A stretch of 40,255 nt of DNA from a virus (IMGVR_UViG_3300012990_000006:1-40255), one strand, 5' to 3'. Shown: positions 25,416-35,097, counted from the stretch's first letter. The notes: generated from the letters alone by a model not told the origin. Made by a program: numbers and translations.

Positions 25416-25575
25416 CCTTTTTCCTCACATTCTTCAAAGCCTGCTCGAGATGCTCGATTTTTGCCGCCTGCTTGCCGCCACGGCGAATTGCATTGAACGC
25501 AGCAATCAGGCCAAGCGCGCCCGTTGCGATCAGTACTGCTCGAGCCTTCAACCAACCAAAAACAGAGATCCACAT
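25336..25575 (-). CDS. i-spanin (Rz-like)
   Basis: N-terminal TM then coiled coil; directly after the lysozyme. Confidence 0.65.
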   Translation of the reverse strand: MWISVFGWLKARAVLIATGALGLIAAFNAIRRGGKQAAKIEHLEQALKNVRKKDEVTQKVERMPVGDAADRLRDKWSRD

Positions 25576-25576
25576 A

Positions 25577-26035
25577 TCAACCCCCAATGCACTGGCGGTA
25601 TTCCGCCTCACGCCTGTTGACCAGACCCTGCACGACCCGGCCACCGGATCTGTTCCAGCGCAGGATTTCCTTGCAGGCTGCGTCGTAGTCGCCAGCGTTC
25701 AACTTACGAACCAGCGTGGACGAGCAGAAAGCGCCCGATCCGATATTGTATGACAGGCTCAGAAAGGCGTCGTACTCGTGCTGGGCGAGAGGCACCCGCA
25801 CGCAGGTTTTGAGCGCCCCCTCGAACTTCTGCACGTCCTCGATCTTGCGCTGCAGGGCGCGCACCGGGTCGATCGTGTCGCCCATCCTCACGCCCTTTGT
25901 CGTGCCAAAGCCGATCGTGGGCACATCGCCCGGGATCGGAATGTAGGCGTTGCCGCGGTATCCTTCCCAGGTCGCGATCGACACCAGGGCGGCAGCACTC
26001 AGGCTCAACGCGGCCACCTTCGTCCTCGTCTTCAC
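25577..26035 (-). CDS. Endolysin, GH24 lysozyme (probably SAR type)
   Basis: Weakly hydrophobic N-terminus; EG...AY....DVPTIGFGTT; YNIG..AFCSSTL; GLVNRR..E. Confidence 0.9.
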   Translation of the reverse strand: MKTRTKVAALSLSAAALVSIATWEGYRGNAYIPIPGDVPTIGFGTTKGVRMGDTIDPVRALQRKIEDVQKFEGALKTCVRVPLAQHEYDAFLSLSYNIGSGAFCSSTLVRKLNAGDYDAACKEILRWNRSGGRVVQGLVNRREAEYRQCIGG

Positions 26036-26238
26036 GTCAGATCCCTTTGCGCAATGAGGCGGGAAACAAAAGCGCCCCCTACCGACAGGAATGACAAAAC
26101 GGCAAAGATGCCGCGCGGTATGTCCTGGGCAAAGAAGGGCAGGATCACTTCAACCCCCGAAAGCACGCCAGCCAGAAGCATGAAGCGGATCGACCACGCC
26201 TTCTTGAGAATCTCTTTCCAGTCACTTGCCAGTTTCAT
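26032..26238 (-). CDS. Holin-like membrane protein
   Basis: W..ILK.AWS.R, two TM segments, RL.AQ; GTGA overlap with the lysozyme. Confidence 0.65.
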   Translation of the reverse strand: MKLASDWKEILKKAWSIRFMLLAGVLSGVEVILPFFAQDIPRGIFAVLSFLSVGGAFVSRLIAQRDLT

Positions 26239-26611
26239 TTTCTTCCCTGACCCACAGTCTGTGTTGCGCGTGGACCTTGCGGTGGCAGTTGCAACAGAGC
26301 GGTATGCACGTTTCGGTAATCTCTTTCAGTATTCTCTCCGGCCCCCAGCCCTTGTCGTTGATCCACCTTGACGCACTGTCCTCGCGGTTCAGCTTTCCGG
26401 CCGTAATGACATGATGGAAGTCGATGCAGGCGGGATCATTCTCGTCGCAGGCAAAACAACCAAGGCTGGCCTTGTACTTGCGCAACCATTCGGTCACGCG
26501 CCTTCGATTGTCCCGGGTGTCCGCTTTCCGTTTCTCGGTGTTGCGGCGGTAGTGCTTGGCGCTGTACTCCTTGTGCTTCGCGCGCCTTACTTCAGGATCC
26601 TTGTACGGCAC
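26222..26611 (-). CDS. HNH endonuclease
   Basis: CFAC...D...IDFHH ... C..LCCNCHRKVH. Confidence 0.85.
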   Translation of the reverse strand: MPYKDPEVRRAKHKEYSAKHYRRNTEKRKADTRDNRRRVTEWLRKYKASLGCFACDENDPACIDFHHVITAGKLNREDSASRWINDKGWGPERILKEITETCIPLCCNCHRKVHAQHRLWVREENETGK

Positions 26612-26854
26612 TTATTTCGGGAGATACTGAGACCAGGTTGCCAGTTTCGCGACCAGCGCGCCGATCGTTGCGGCAGCACCCCCAACCAGCATCAGAACTT
26701 TCCAACCCCCCTTGGCCTGTGACAGCGTCGTGTGGATGGCGTGAAGCGTCTGGTTCATCTCCTTGATGTCCTCGCGCAGGTTCTTCAGATCGCGCTCAAG
26801 CGCATCGATCTGCGCATCATGCCGGCCGATTTGGGTGTGCAGTTCGACCGACAT
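26612..26854 (-). CDS. Coiled-coil plus C-terminal TM protein (holin/lysis-associated)
   Basis: N-terminal coiled coil, KGGWKVLM followed by a TM segment. Confidence 0.55.
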   Translation of the reverse strand: MSVELHTQIGRHDAQIDALERDLKNLREDIKEMNQTLHAIHTTLSQAKGGWKVLMLVGGAAATIGALVAKLATWSQYLPK

Positions 26855-26856
26855 GA

Positions 26857-27285
26857 TTAGCCTTCAGAGGGCAACAGCGCTTTGAGTTCTTCAACGGTTT
26901 GTGCGGCATCCATCTGCGCTTGCATGACTTCGTACTTGTCGCGGATAACCTGACGAGCAGCTTCGGCTTGTTCTGCGCTGGCCCCTGGGATCTGCTTGGA
27001 GATCACCTCATCGTGGGGCGCAAACTCTGCAGCCCTGGCAGCACGGCGCTTGTCATGGGCAATGGCTTTTGATTTCTCAAGATTGGGAACTACGGATTGC
27101 CCTGACTTTTCCCAGGCGTTTCTGAAGGTTCGATCTGCGGGAATAGCCGTGACCTCAACGATCTCGCCTGTCGCGCCAGCCGGTACGTCCTTGGCCAGCA
27201 CCTGCTCGATCGGCAGTTCGCCCGAAGGAATGACAACAGCAACGCCGCCGTCAGGTGTTGAATAGATGATTCGTTGATTAGACAT
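26857..27285 (-). CDS. Tail fibre assembly/chaperone-like protein
   Basis: RIIY..PDGGVAV..P, KDVPAG, DRTFRNAW, K.IAH..RR..R; follows the fibre-tip genes. Confidence 0.6.
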   Translation of the reverse strand: MSNQRIIYSTPDGGVAVVIPSGELPIEQVLAKDVPAGATGEIVEVTAIPADRTFRNAWEKSGQSVVPNLEKSKAIAHDKRRAARAAEFAPHDEVISKQIPGASAEQAEAARQVIRDKYEVMQAQMDAAQTVEELKALLPSEG

Positions 27286-27295
27286 GTGTTGCTCC

Positions 27296-27823
27296 TTATT
27301 CGTACATTACGTTAATAGTGCCAGCATCGAAGGTGTCTGTGCCGTTGACTGTGGTGACGCGAATTTGGGTGAGGGTGTCGGAGAGGGTTTTGGAGCCTCC
27401 GCCGTAAGCAGGGACTGCCGCGTCGGAATTTCCAAAGACGCCTGTCGCTACCCACAAATTACCGCCCACAAGCGAAACCACTAAAGCACCGTGCATAACA
27501 GTCGCAGCGCTGGGGGTGGGCACCGTGCCAAAGCCTGTTGTGTAGCTCGCGGTCGCTGACGAGCCCGCATTCTGTATTAAGCCTGCGCTGCCCAAGTACC
27601 CCGTTGTTTCGATACCGCCGGAATCACCCAGTTGAACGATGCAGTTACTCGTGCCATTCGTACTCACCCCCCCAAACATCACAGTAATCCGCTTCACCCA
27701 CGATGGGATGCCTGTGAAGTCAATCACCGTGCCGCTGGTGGATGCTACTGCGGTCATCAGGTTTGGCTCAAAGATCTGCGCGTCGTTCAGGTCAGTGATG
27801 TTGTTTACTTTTAAGGTAGACAT
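27296..27823 (-). CDS. Tail fibre tip/receptor-binding module 3
   Basis: MSTLKVN start; TSGT.IDFTGIPSWVKRITV; FDAGTINV.YE. Confidence 0.65.
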   Translation of the reverse strand: MSTLKVNNITDLNDAQIFEPNLMTAVASTSGTVIDFTGIPSWVKRITVMFGGVSTNGTSNCIVQLGDSGGIETTGYLGSAGLIQNAGSSATASYTTGFGTVPTPSAATVMHGALVVSLVGGNLWVATGVFGNSDAAVPAYGGGSKTLSDTLTQIRVTTVNGTDTFDAGTINVMYE

Positions 27824-27863
27824 TTAGTTGCCCAGTCTTTCATGTTTGGTTGTCATGGTGTGG

Positions 27864-28241
27864 TTAGCGGAAGATGGACACGGAAATTAACGAATAGTCG
27901 TTGAAAGCTTTAGTTGTTCCTGTCAAATATGACGTTCTAATTTTTAGACTGCCCGTGTTGAAGGTTTGTGTTTCAAACGTATCTGCGACAGTTCCTGCGG
28001 TTATGCCAGTTGCTACAAACGCTGAATAATTCGCATCACTCATAGCAGTAGTAAAGTTTACCGTGTAATCACCAGTGCCATTATCAGTAATACTACTGAC
28101 GTTATAGCTTGCCCTGATCGCCACCGTCCCCGTGCCGTCAAAATTCACCCATGCCTTCGCAGATCCGTGGATCGCGTTTTCAATCGCGGTGCTTGATGAT
28201 CCCGCTACATTGGACAGTGTGTTTGTTTTAAGTGTTGACAT
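27864..28241 (-). CDS. Tail fibre tip module 2
   Basis: MSTLKTN start; AKAWVNFDGTGTVAIRAS.NVSSITDNGTGDYTVNF. Confidence 0.7.
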   Translation of the reverse strand: MSTLKTNTLSNVAGSSSTAIENAIHGSAKAWVNFDGTGTVAIRASYNVSSITDNGTGDYTVNFTTAMSDANYSAFVATGITAGTVADTFETQTFNTGSLKIRTSYLTGTTKAFNDYSLISVSIFR

Positions 28242-28253
28242 TGTTTTGTCCTG

Positions 28254-28610
28254 TTAGCGGAATACTGAGATGTTAACGGTTGCTATATCTTGCCCCGTTG
28301 TCGGCGATCCCGCGTAGAACCCGAAAAGACCGACAGCAGTTGTGGTGTACCCGTCCTTGACCGTTGTTGACCGCGTTCCGGCTCCCAGCGATGCGCACGA
28401 ACCCTCGCAAACCGTGGCGTAATTCGCATCGATCATCGCAGTCGTAAAGTTCACCGTATAATCACCAGTGCCATTATCCGTAATACTCGACACATTCCCA
28501 GACGCACGAATAGCAACCGTGCCAGTACCGTCAAAGTTTACCCATGCTTTCGCTGTGTAGACTTCGACACCGCTGGTGTTTTGGATCGTGTTTACTTTTA
28601 TCGTTGACAT
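28254..28610 (-). CDS. Tail fibre tip module 1 (paralog of module 2)
   Basis: MSTIKVN start; same AKAWVNF...DANY core. Confidence 0.7.
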   Translation of the reverse strand: MSTIKVNTIQNTSGVEVYTAKAWVNFDGTGTVAIRASGNVSSITDNGTGDYTVNFTTAMIDANYATVCEGSCASLGAGTRSTTVKDGYTTTAVGLFGFYAGSPTTGQDIATVNISVFR

Positions 28611-28619
28611 GTTCTTCCT

Positions 28620-29453
28620 TTACACGATGACCCAAGTAGAGCCGCTAGGTACGGTGACTGTCTTGGTTGAGGCAATTGTAACGGGGCCAGCGGTCATGGC
28701 ATTCCTGTTTGTCGTGATGGTGTAATCGTTATTCACGGTCTGATCGTTCTCATAGAAGATCTGGTCTGTGCCGCCGCCGGTCGCACCGCCGCCCGAAAGC
28801 CCGACTGTCCTGAAGTTCGTGCCGTTGCACACAATGAAGCATGACTGTCCCGGCAGGATGATCTTGGTCGTGTCTCCGTCAATCGTCTCTGTGCTGTCGG
28901 GGTCAATCGTGACCGACCCCGTGCCGGTGTTCACCACACCAAACGAAAATCCATCGGCCAGCGTGGCTGCGGCCGTCAATGAGAGGGTGAACGTGCCGGA
29001 GCAGAGAATCACATCTCCGCGATCGCCGGCCACCACCGTGTATGCTTCCGTCTTGGCCGTTGTCTGTGCCGCCAGCGCGCCAAGCCCCTGAAGAGCGCCG
29101 ATGCCTGTCGTGGCACCCGTTCCACCATTGGCGATTGCAATTGCGTCGCCATTCCAGACTGAACCGCTTCCAAGCGTCTTGTTTGTGAGGGTCTCGGTTC
29201 CGGCGATAGTGGCCACGACGCCGCCGGTTACGGTGCCCGTAACACCCAGTGTGCCGCTGACGTTGGCCGTACCTCCAACCGATAGTGTGTTACCAGATCC
29301 GACATTCAGACCAACACTCGTGCCCGTGCCGTCGTCCTTGAAGATCGCATCAAGATCATCAAGGTTGGTATTGAGTTTCTCGCCCCAGGTGTCGGTGGAT
29401 GCACCGACTTCGGGTTTCACAAGTTCCAGGTTTGTCGTTACGGTATCAGGCAT
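28620..29453 (-). CDS. Proximal tail fibre protein
   Basis: TTNLEL.KPEVG...TWG..LN virion anchor; IANGGTGAT; C-terminal GGG.D.IFYEN.Q...YTI....AM.AGP....VTVPSGS.W.IV. Confidence 0.8.
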   Translation of the reverse strand: MPDTVTTNLELVKPEVGASTDTWGEKLNTNLDDLDAIFKDDGTGTSVGLNVGSGNTLSVGGTANVSGTLGVTGTVTGGVVATIAGTETLTNKTLGSGSVWNGDAIAIANGGTGATTGIGALQGLGALAAQTTAKTEAYTVVAGDRGDVILCSGTFTLSLTAAATLADGFSFGVVNTGTGSVTIDPDSTETIDGDTTKIILPGQSCFIVCNGTNFRTVGLSGGGATGGGTDQIFYENDQTVNNDYTITTNRNAMTAGPVTIASTKTVTVPSGSTWVIV

Positions 29454-29461
29454 TTCAATCC

Positions 29462-31489
29462 TTACGCTGCTTCACGCAGCCCGGTATTTGTTATTCGTTT
29501 CCAATCAGACGGATCTTCTGTCTTGTCTGTCCAGATGCTTTCAGGCTCGCTGACATCGGCCCAATCGCCGCCCGCATCGTCTTCGGGTCGCCAGAGAATT
29601 TTTCCTGATGCTGTCGCTGCCGAAATTGCAGTGACTGGGAACGGGATCAGGATACCCCTGATCGTGCCGTTGGCCGTGACGGCCGAATTAGTTGCGGCAA
29701 CCACACGGGTAGTGCGGATGCGCTCAAATGCAATGATAACACCACTTGACCCGTTTGCCGATGCCCCGGCGGATACCAGGAATACCCCCGAAGCATTGGC
29801 CCCCGATGTGGCCTCGATCGTTTCGGGGTCTGCCGCGACGACGAAGACCCCGGAAGCGGTGGCGTCCGAGACCGCGTCTGCCTGGGCAGATCCGAACTGG
29901 ACCCGGTTGGCATTGGCCACAACACCGGACTGGCCAGTGGCGATGGCCTCGCCCTGATAGATGACCTTGCCGGCGGCGATGGCCTCGGACGTCGCGCTGG
30001 CCACAGATCCAGACTGCCTGACGGCCTGGGCGGCGATCGAGGCGGCGCTGGTGGCCGCGGCCGATGCCTCGACAAGTCGAACGGCAATGGGCACTGCGGT
30101 GGCGGCGCTGACAGCGTCTGCCGTTGCTGCCGCCAGGAACACGCGCTCGGCGGAAATAGTGGCCGCGCTCGATCCCGCAGCCGATGCCTCGACAAGGAAT
30201 ACGCGCTCGGCAGAAACTGAAGTGGCCGATGTGGCAGAAGCGGCGGCCTCTGCATCGACGATAATGGTTCCCACGCCGTACTGGCCGGATCCATAGTTGC
30301 CGTATCCGTAGTCGCCGGGTGACAGCGTCGGGCCGGCCGTGTCAACCGTAGCGGCTGCGCTTGCTGTCGAAGTGGCAAACGCACTTGCAGCCACACTGAA
30401 AATTCGTTCACCCGAAACGGATGCAGCGCTGCTCGCCGCGGCGTCGGCCTGGCCAGAGACGACCAGTTCGCCAGCGGATGAAACCGAAGACAAGGCGCTT
30501 GCGGCCGCGGCTGCGTTTTGAACTTTTACCGCATCGGCAGACACTGAGGAAACCCCAGACGCGGCCGCAGATCCCTGCGCCGTTCGGAATGCCGAAGCCG
30601 TTGCCGCGCTTGTCGCTGAAGCGACAGCAGATCCTTGAGCAAAGCGAACTGCAAAAACAGTAGATGCGCTTTCTGCACCCGATACCGCTTCTCCAGTAAT
30701 GGATCTTTGTCCACTTGCCGTGACTGAAGACGAAGCGCTCGCTGTTGCCGCACCGCTCTGGACTTTGACTGCGTCCGCGGACGCAACGGATGATCCAGCC
30801 GCGGCCGCAGATCCCTGCGCCGTTCGGAATGCCGAAGCAGTGGCGGCGCTGGTCGCCGAAGCGGCGGCTGCTCCTTCAACAAAGCGAACTGCGGAAACAG
30901 TGGCGGCGCTCACCGCAGACGCGGTTGCGGCAGCGTCTACGAATGTCGTTACTTCGCCGCTTGCCGTTGCCGCCGATGTGGCCGCAGCAGACGCCGCTGC
31001 GTCAACGAAGTTGACAATCGTCCACGGCGCGTCAACGCTCGTACCAGTTCCAAAGCTGATCGCCCAGGACTGGGTCATCGTGTTGGCGTTTCGGAACTCG
31101 AAATTCACCCGCAGGCGGTCGCCCGATGCCCAGGTGCCAAGATCAATACTGGTCAGCGAAAAGGTTCTGGATGCTGCGCCGGTTGTCTGTTCGGCGGTCG
31201 ATGCGCTTGTTGTTTGAACGGTGCCGGAACTGTTTAATCGCGAAAGGCTTATAGCCAGGCGACCTTGCGCGTTCGTTGTAGAAAACGCAACAACGACTTC
31301 GTAATTGCCGGTGATGCCATCCGCGCCCGGGATCGTGGGCTCTGTAAACCCGTAGCTGGTCTTGGCCTGGCTGCCGGTGAAGTTGAGCGTTAGGTTGGCG
31401 CTAGACGGACTGGCATCGACTAACTTCTTGTTAAAGTCCGCGCCGCCGCTTAAGTCACTGTTGTCATTCGATAGGAAATAGATAGCCAT
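29462..31489 (-). CDS. Ala/Ser-rich fibre-like virion protein with 20-aa repeats
   Basis: N-terminal globular ~155 aa; two arrays of 20-aa units separated by [12 protein letters not shown]; Trp-spaced C-terminus. Confidence 0.7.
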   Translation of the reverse strand: MAIYFLSNDNSDLSGGADFNKKLVDASPSSANLTLNFTGSQAKTSYGFTEPTIPGADGITGNYEVVVAFSTTNAQGRLAISLSRLNSSGTVQTTSASTAEQTTGAASRTFSLTSIDLGTWASGDRLRVNFEFRNANTMTQSWAISFGTGTSVDAPWTIVNFVDAAASAAATSAATASGEVTTFVDAAATASAVSAATVSAVRFVEGAAAASATSAATASAFRTAQGSAAAAGSSVASADAVKVQSGAATASASSSVTASGQRSITGEAVSGAESASTVFAVRFAQGSAVASATSAATASAFRTAQGSAAASGVSSVSADAVKVQNAAAAASALSSVSSAGELVVSGQADAAASSAASVSGERIFSVAASAFATSTASAAATVDTAGPTLSPGDYGYGNYGSGQYGVGTIIVDAEAAASATSATSVSAERVFLVEASAAGSSAATISAERVFLAAATADAVSAATAVPIAVRLVEASAAATSAASIAAQAVRQSGSVASATSEAIAAGKVIYQGEAIATGQSGVVANANRVQFGSAQADAVSDATASGVFVVAADPETIEATSGANASGVFLVSAGASANGSSGVIIAFERIRTTRVVAATNSAVTANGTIRGILIPFPVTAISAATASGKILWRPEDDAGGDWADVSEPESIWTDKTEDPSDWKRITNTGLREAA
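30560..30838. repeat. Intragenic duplication (39-bp identical copies, 240 nt apart)
   Basis: CGCGGCCGCAGATCCCTGCGCCGTTCGGAATGCCGAAGC at 30560-30598 and 30800-30838. Confidence 0.9.
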
Positions 31490-31737
31490 TATCTAGGCCA
31501 CTCCATATCGCTCATCGCTTTGTCGGCAATATTCCAGAACTCATCCAGGTCCATGTACTTGCCCTCAAGCGTTACGCCGTCAAGATCGTAATAGTCCTCG
31601 CCCATCACAACATGGCGCTGTGGGTAGTCGAGGTAAAACATGATGATCTGAACATCATCGGGAATGTCGGACGCCGAATGGTCTACAGAATTGTAGACCG
31701 CATCGGACGTCCAAACCTTCCATCCAGCGGGCTTCAC
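31489..31737 (-). CDS. Hypothetical acidic protein
   Basis: 82 aa; tight packing with neighbours. Confidence 0.6.
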   Translation of the reverse strand: MKPAGWKVWTSDAVYNSVDHSASDIPDDVQIIMFYLDYPQRHVVMGEDYYDLDGVTLEGKYMDLDEFWNIADKAMSDMEWPR

Positions 31738-31749
31738 TACCCGCCCCTA

Positions 31750-32139
31750 TCAGTCGAGGGTGATGTCTAGGTCGCCGGCAGGGATACGAAACACGTCGCC
31801 AGAGCCGATCGTCTTCGACGCTGTCAGTTCTGCATAAACCAGCATGTTGCCGCTTGTGGCCGCGTCAAACAGGCCGATGTGCGTGATCGTGCCCCAGGAG
31901 CCGGTAGCCGTGTCGAACTCGATCGCGCTGGCGTTCGTTGCCTCTGTAGGCGCAGTGCCCGACACCGTGAATGAGGCAGTCTTTCGGGTGTAGGCGCTGC
32001 CCGACACCTCTGTGCCGCCGCCGGTCTCACCCGGTGCCGCGGTAAAAAGACCAACATACCACTCGGTAGGACGAGTAGCGGTGCCTGTGGTCAGGAGAAA
32101 CTTCAGGACCAGATCTTCAGTGTGATTTGTAAAAGACAT
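31750..32139 (-). CDS. Conserved virion structural protein (fibre-associated)
   Basis: YVGLFTAAP..GGGTEVSG..Y.R; N...IEF..AT.SWGTITH.GLFDA..GN.L; G.L.ITLD. Confidence 0.75.
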   Translation of the reverse strand: MSFTNHTEDLVLKFLLTTGTATRPTEWYVGLFTAAPGETGGGTEVSGSAYTRKTASFTVSGTAPTEATNASAIEFDTATGSWGTITHIGLFDAATSGNMLVYAELTASKTIGSGDVFRIPAGDLDITLD

Positions 32140-32150
32140 TTTTGATTACC

Positions 32151-32768
32151 TCATCCAAGAACGCGCGCGCGTGATTTAAGCACCGAACCCGAATATTGCG
32201 CGCGTTGATCCGCGTCGGTGATTTCTTCTAATGCTCGATCGTAAAATGCAGCCCATGTGGCCACCCGCTCGTCGTCCTTGAGGTAGGGTGCGCTGTGGGC
32301 CAGAGATCCGTACAGGTACATGTCTGGCCAGGTATCAAGCAGCCAGTTCGACGGATTCTCGTCCGATAATGCCGGGATTTTACCGTAGTAGGTCATCTCG
32401 ATTTCAGGCTCGCCGGCCGGATAGGGAATGACCTCAAGCTGGTTGCCCGTCACGTTGAAGTAGCTGGGCTCGCCTGCCGTGTCGCCGCGGCGCAGCCTCA
32501 GATCGTCGGCCGCCTCGAGCGTCACATATTCGAGTTTCCTCGGCCCGCGTGGCGTGTTGATCTGGATGTTCCTGGCCTCGAGCCAGTCGCCCGGCAGGGT
32601 GATATATCCCTGCTCAAGATCGGCCACGGAGCGCTTGACCATCTGGCGAACGCGCAGATCACGCTGAAAGCGTGCCTCTGCCAGGCGAATGAACGAGGGA
32701 ATCTGTGTCGTCAGATCCACCCGGTTCAGCCAGTCGGCAATGTCGGTCTTCAGTTGAGAGTAACTCAC
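32151..32768 (-). CDS. Head-tail adaptor (tail tubular protein A-like)
   Basis: GTG start; YSQLK..IADWLNR.DL...IP.FI.LAEA; NWLL...PD.YLYGSL...APYLKDDER...W. Confidence 0.85.
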   Translation of the reverse strand: MSYSQLKTDIADWLNRVDLTTQIPSFIRLAEARFQRDLRVRQMVKRSVADLEQGYITLPGDWLEARNIQINTPRGPRKLEYVTLEAADDLRLRRGDTAGEPSYFNVTGNQLEVIPYPAGEPEIEMTYYGKIPALSDENPSNWLLDTWPDMYLYGSLAHSAPYLKDDERVATWAAFYDRALEEITDADQRAQYSGSVLKSRARVLG

Positions 32769-33058
32769 ACGCGGCCTTTCCAGATTCGGAAGCATTCATT
32801 TTGGGGATCGTTGATCCACCGCTTAATGGCGGCGGGGTCGTTCCAGGAACCGTCTCGCATCATTTGCTCAACGATCACCCCCGGAATCTCAGCGACGGGT
32901 TTTAAGTCAGGATCCCATGCTTGCTCGCGCTTAGACGCAACACTTTTAAACGTGGCTTCAAGATTTTGCGCAGAAACAAAAGTAAGACGGTCGTCGATCT
33001 CATCCGAGACGATCGTCTTAATTGTGTCACCGTTTGCCGAAAGAAGGGTCTTTGCCAT
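32765..33058 (-). CDS. Conserved small head-module protein
   Basis: VAEIP..IV...M...WINDP.N..FR...GRV pattern following the MCP. Confidence 0.75.
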   Translation of the reverse strand: MAKTLLSANGDTIKTIVSDEIDDRLTFVSAQNLEATFKSVASKREQAWDPDLKPVAEIPGVIVEQMMRDGSWNDPAAIKRWINDPQNECFRIWKGRV

Positions 33059-33061
33059 TTT

Positions 33062-33090
33062 AGAAAACCGACCCCGGGTAGGGGTCGGTT
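33062..33090 (-). terminator. Intrinsic terminator after the major capsid gene
   Basis: - strand AACCGACCCC-TACCC-GGGGTCGGTT followed by TT. Confidence 0.65.
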
Positions 33091-33101
33091 CCTTCAATCA
33101 A

Positions 33102-34058
33102 TTACGCGTACGCTGCGTTGGTATTGAAGATGTCGGCGATTGCGGCGTGAGCCTTCTCGTTCTTCATCTCAAGACCATACTCGACAACGATCATTTCCGT
33201 GTCGGCATCACCGATCTTGGCGATCGGAGTGCGCTGGAAGTTGCGGTAGAAAGCGAGGCAGGCATAAGCCGTGTCCAGCAGGAACGCTGTGCGCTCACGC
33301 TGCCAACGGTTCACGACAACCTTCAGATCACCAAAATCGGAAGCGTACACAGTCACGTTCGATGTGACGGTGCCGGTGCCAACCGAAACCTGAGTTCCGG
33401 TACGGCCTTCGAACTTGGAAACCTGCAGCTTGTTGACAGGACCAACCATCAGCACAGAAGGCTCTGCGCCGTTGATGTAGGCTGTCTGCATTGCCTCTTT
33501 CACCAGAGCCTCAGTGAAAGCACGCTGCGTGCCGTCCGTGGGGGAAGCCGTCTCGGAAACGGCGGATGCGCCGTCAACGCCGCGAAGCACGTTCGTGTCG
33601 AGCCATGACTCAAGAGCGCGTGTCTTGCGAATGCCAGACACGGAGCCGGTGTCGCGGCCTTGTGCGCCGACCAGAACCTTCTCGACGTCGCGCTTTAGGG
33701 CTTTGGAGACGAGCGCCATCTGGTGGGCCATCTCTTTTGCCTTGCCGGCGGCGTTTGCCTTGTTCTGCGAACCGGAAACGGTGGCGTCACGCTTGGAGAT
33801 CTGGCAAGTGTTGCTCAGACGAACTGTCGGGGTGGCGGTGCTGCGCTCAAGTTCAAAACCTTCAGCGTGTGCGTTGTCGCCATCGACAGTCGGCAACTCT
33901 TCAGTCTGCCAGTCGAAGTTGATGTTGGAAACATTGCGACGGCCGATCGAAGAAACGAAAGGCGTATCGGTTGGGTCAATGTTATAGATGATGTCGGCGA
34001 GATCCTCACGGTTCGCGGCGGCATCGCTTGTGGTGTAACTGTTCGTAACTACGGCCAT
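33102..34058 (-). CDS. Major capsid protein (DUF5309/SU10-type)
   Basis: NREDL.DIIYNI.P.DTPF, WQTE.L, N.CQI, K.LKRD.E, Y.SDFG, LAK.GD-like IAKIGD, EYGL...NEKAH. Confidence 0.9.
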   Translation of the reverse strand: MAVVTNSYTTSDAAANREDLADIIYNIDPTDTPFVSSIGRRNVSNINFDWQTEELPTVDGDNAHAEGFELERSTATPTVRLSNTCQISKRDATVSGSQNKANAAGKAKEMAHQMALVSKALKRDVEKVLVGAQGRDTGSVSGIRKTRALESWLDTNVLRGVDGASAVSETASPTDGTQRAFTEALVKEAMQTAYINGAEPSVLMVGPVNKLQVSKFEGRTGTQVSVGTGTVTSNVTVYASDFGDLKVVVNRWQRERTAFLLDTAYACLAFYRNFQRTPIAKIGDADTEMIVVEYGLEMKNEKAHAAIADIFNTNAAYA

Positions 34059-34061
34059 GAT

Positions 34062-35075
34062 TTATTTTCCTTTTCCAAGAAGAATTGATTCAAATGCGGT
34101 CGCGGCATCCTGCACGCGGCCACTCTTTGCAAGTCGCTGCTTGGCTTTCACCAGTTCGCTAGACTTCTTGGCTACGCCACTACTGACGCCCGGCTTGAGT
34201 ACAGGTGAGGCATTCTTCGGCTTCGGTTTGACCTCTGCCCGGCGAGACATCAGCTTGTCGTACAGATACGCCTTGCGCAGTGCTACCACCGCCCGGTGAT
34301 CCGTAATGCCGGCAAGATCTTCGGTACTGAAACCCAATCTCCTGCCAAACTCGACCAACTCTACCTTCTCGCGCTTTGCCACGTCTGGATCACGCCATTC
34401 AGGAATGACCTGTTCCAGAACCTTCCGCTCTTCCTGCACGACAGACGCCCACTTCTGCGCCTGCTCTTGTGCAGCAATCTCGGAAAGACGCTGCTGCTCT
34501 GCCTGAATGGCCTGCATTCTCTGCTGGCGCTGCTGGTGGTCGGCCCATTGAGCAGCGAACTCAATCGGGTCTTCCTGTCGCAGCCTGTTCCAATCAGGCT
34601 CTGCCGGCACGCTGCTCTGCACTTGCTGCTGCAGCGCGGCCAACAATTGCGAGTACTGGGCTCGCTCTGCCCGCACCTGCTCAAATTCTGCTTCGGCCAC
34701 TTTTCTGGCTTCAGCCAATTTTTGAGTCTTGCGGGTGTAGTCCTGCGTCCTCGAATAGCCTTTCTGGAGTTCGTCCAGGGTAACCTCGACCTCTTCACCA
34801 TCGACCTTGATGGTGTAGACGGGCTGCTCTGTCTGTTCCCCTTCCTCGGACTCGTCGTCTTCGTCAGGATCGGCATCGTCCTCGGACTCACCCTCATCGC
34901 CTTGCGGCTCTTCCGGTGCTTGCTCGTCCTCGTATTCCGCCTCTACGGCCTCTTCGGCCTGCTGCGCCTTGCCTTCTTCCTGGTTGTCCTCTTGAGGGGC
35001 CAGTATCTGGGCAAAAGCATTTGTTGCGGTTTCAATTGAATCAGTCGCTGGTGCGGTACTGATAGTGTCAGCCAT
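34062..35075 (-). CDS. Capsid scaffolding protein
   Basis: Acidic N-terminus; KVDGEEVEVTLDEL.KGYSR..DYTRKTQ.LAE; PDW..L...DP; D.R....L.KA..YD. Confidence 0.85.
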   Translation of the reverse strand: MADTISTAPATDSIETATNAFAQILAPQEDNQEEGKAQQAEEAVEAEYEDEQAPEEPQGDEGESEDDADPDEDDESEEGEQTEQPVYTIKVDGEEVEVTLDELQKGYSRTQDYTRKTQKLAEARKVAEAEFEQVRAERAQYSQLLAALQQQVQSSVPAEPDWNRLRQEDPIEFAAQWADHQQRQQRMQAIQAEQQRLSEIAAQEQAQKWASVVQEERKVLEQVIPEWRDPDVAKREKVELVEFGRRLGFSTEDLAGITDHRAVVALRKAYLYDKLMSRRAEVKPKPKNASPVLKPGVSSGVAKKSSELVKAKQRLAKSGRVQDAATAFESILLGKGK

Positions 35076-35097
35076 ATTTTACCTTCTCTGAAGTGAT

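Noticed and set aside
24142-25620. Long antisense ORFs (also 5116-5994, 7127-8209, 14818-15750, 36399-37502)
   Set aside because: They mirror well-supported - strand genes; expected from GC-rich codon bias and show no recognisable motifs.
27864-28610. Diversity-generating retroelement (TR/VR pair) in the duplicated tail-tip genes
   Set aside because: Differences between the copies are mostly synonymous and not adenine-specific, both copies are intact genes, and no reverse transcriptase is present.
26857-29453. Shufflon/invertible tail-fibre cassette driven by the serine recombinase
   Set aside because: All tip genes are co-oriented, I saw no flanking inverted crossover sites, and the recombinase is more than 10 kb away.
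29647-30411. 254-aa alternative-frame ORF in the Ala-rich gene
   Set aside because: Pro/Arg-rich by-product of repeated GCN codons.
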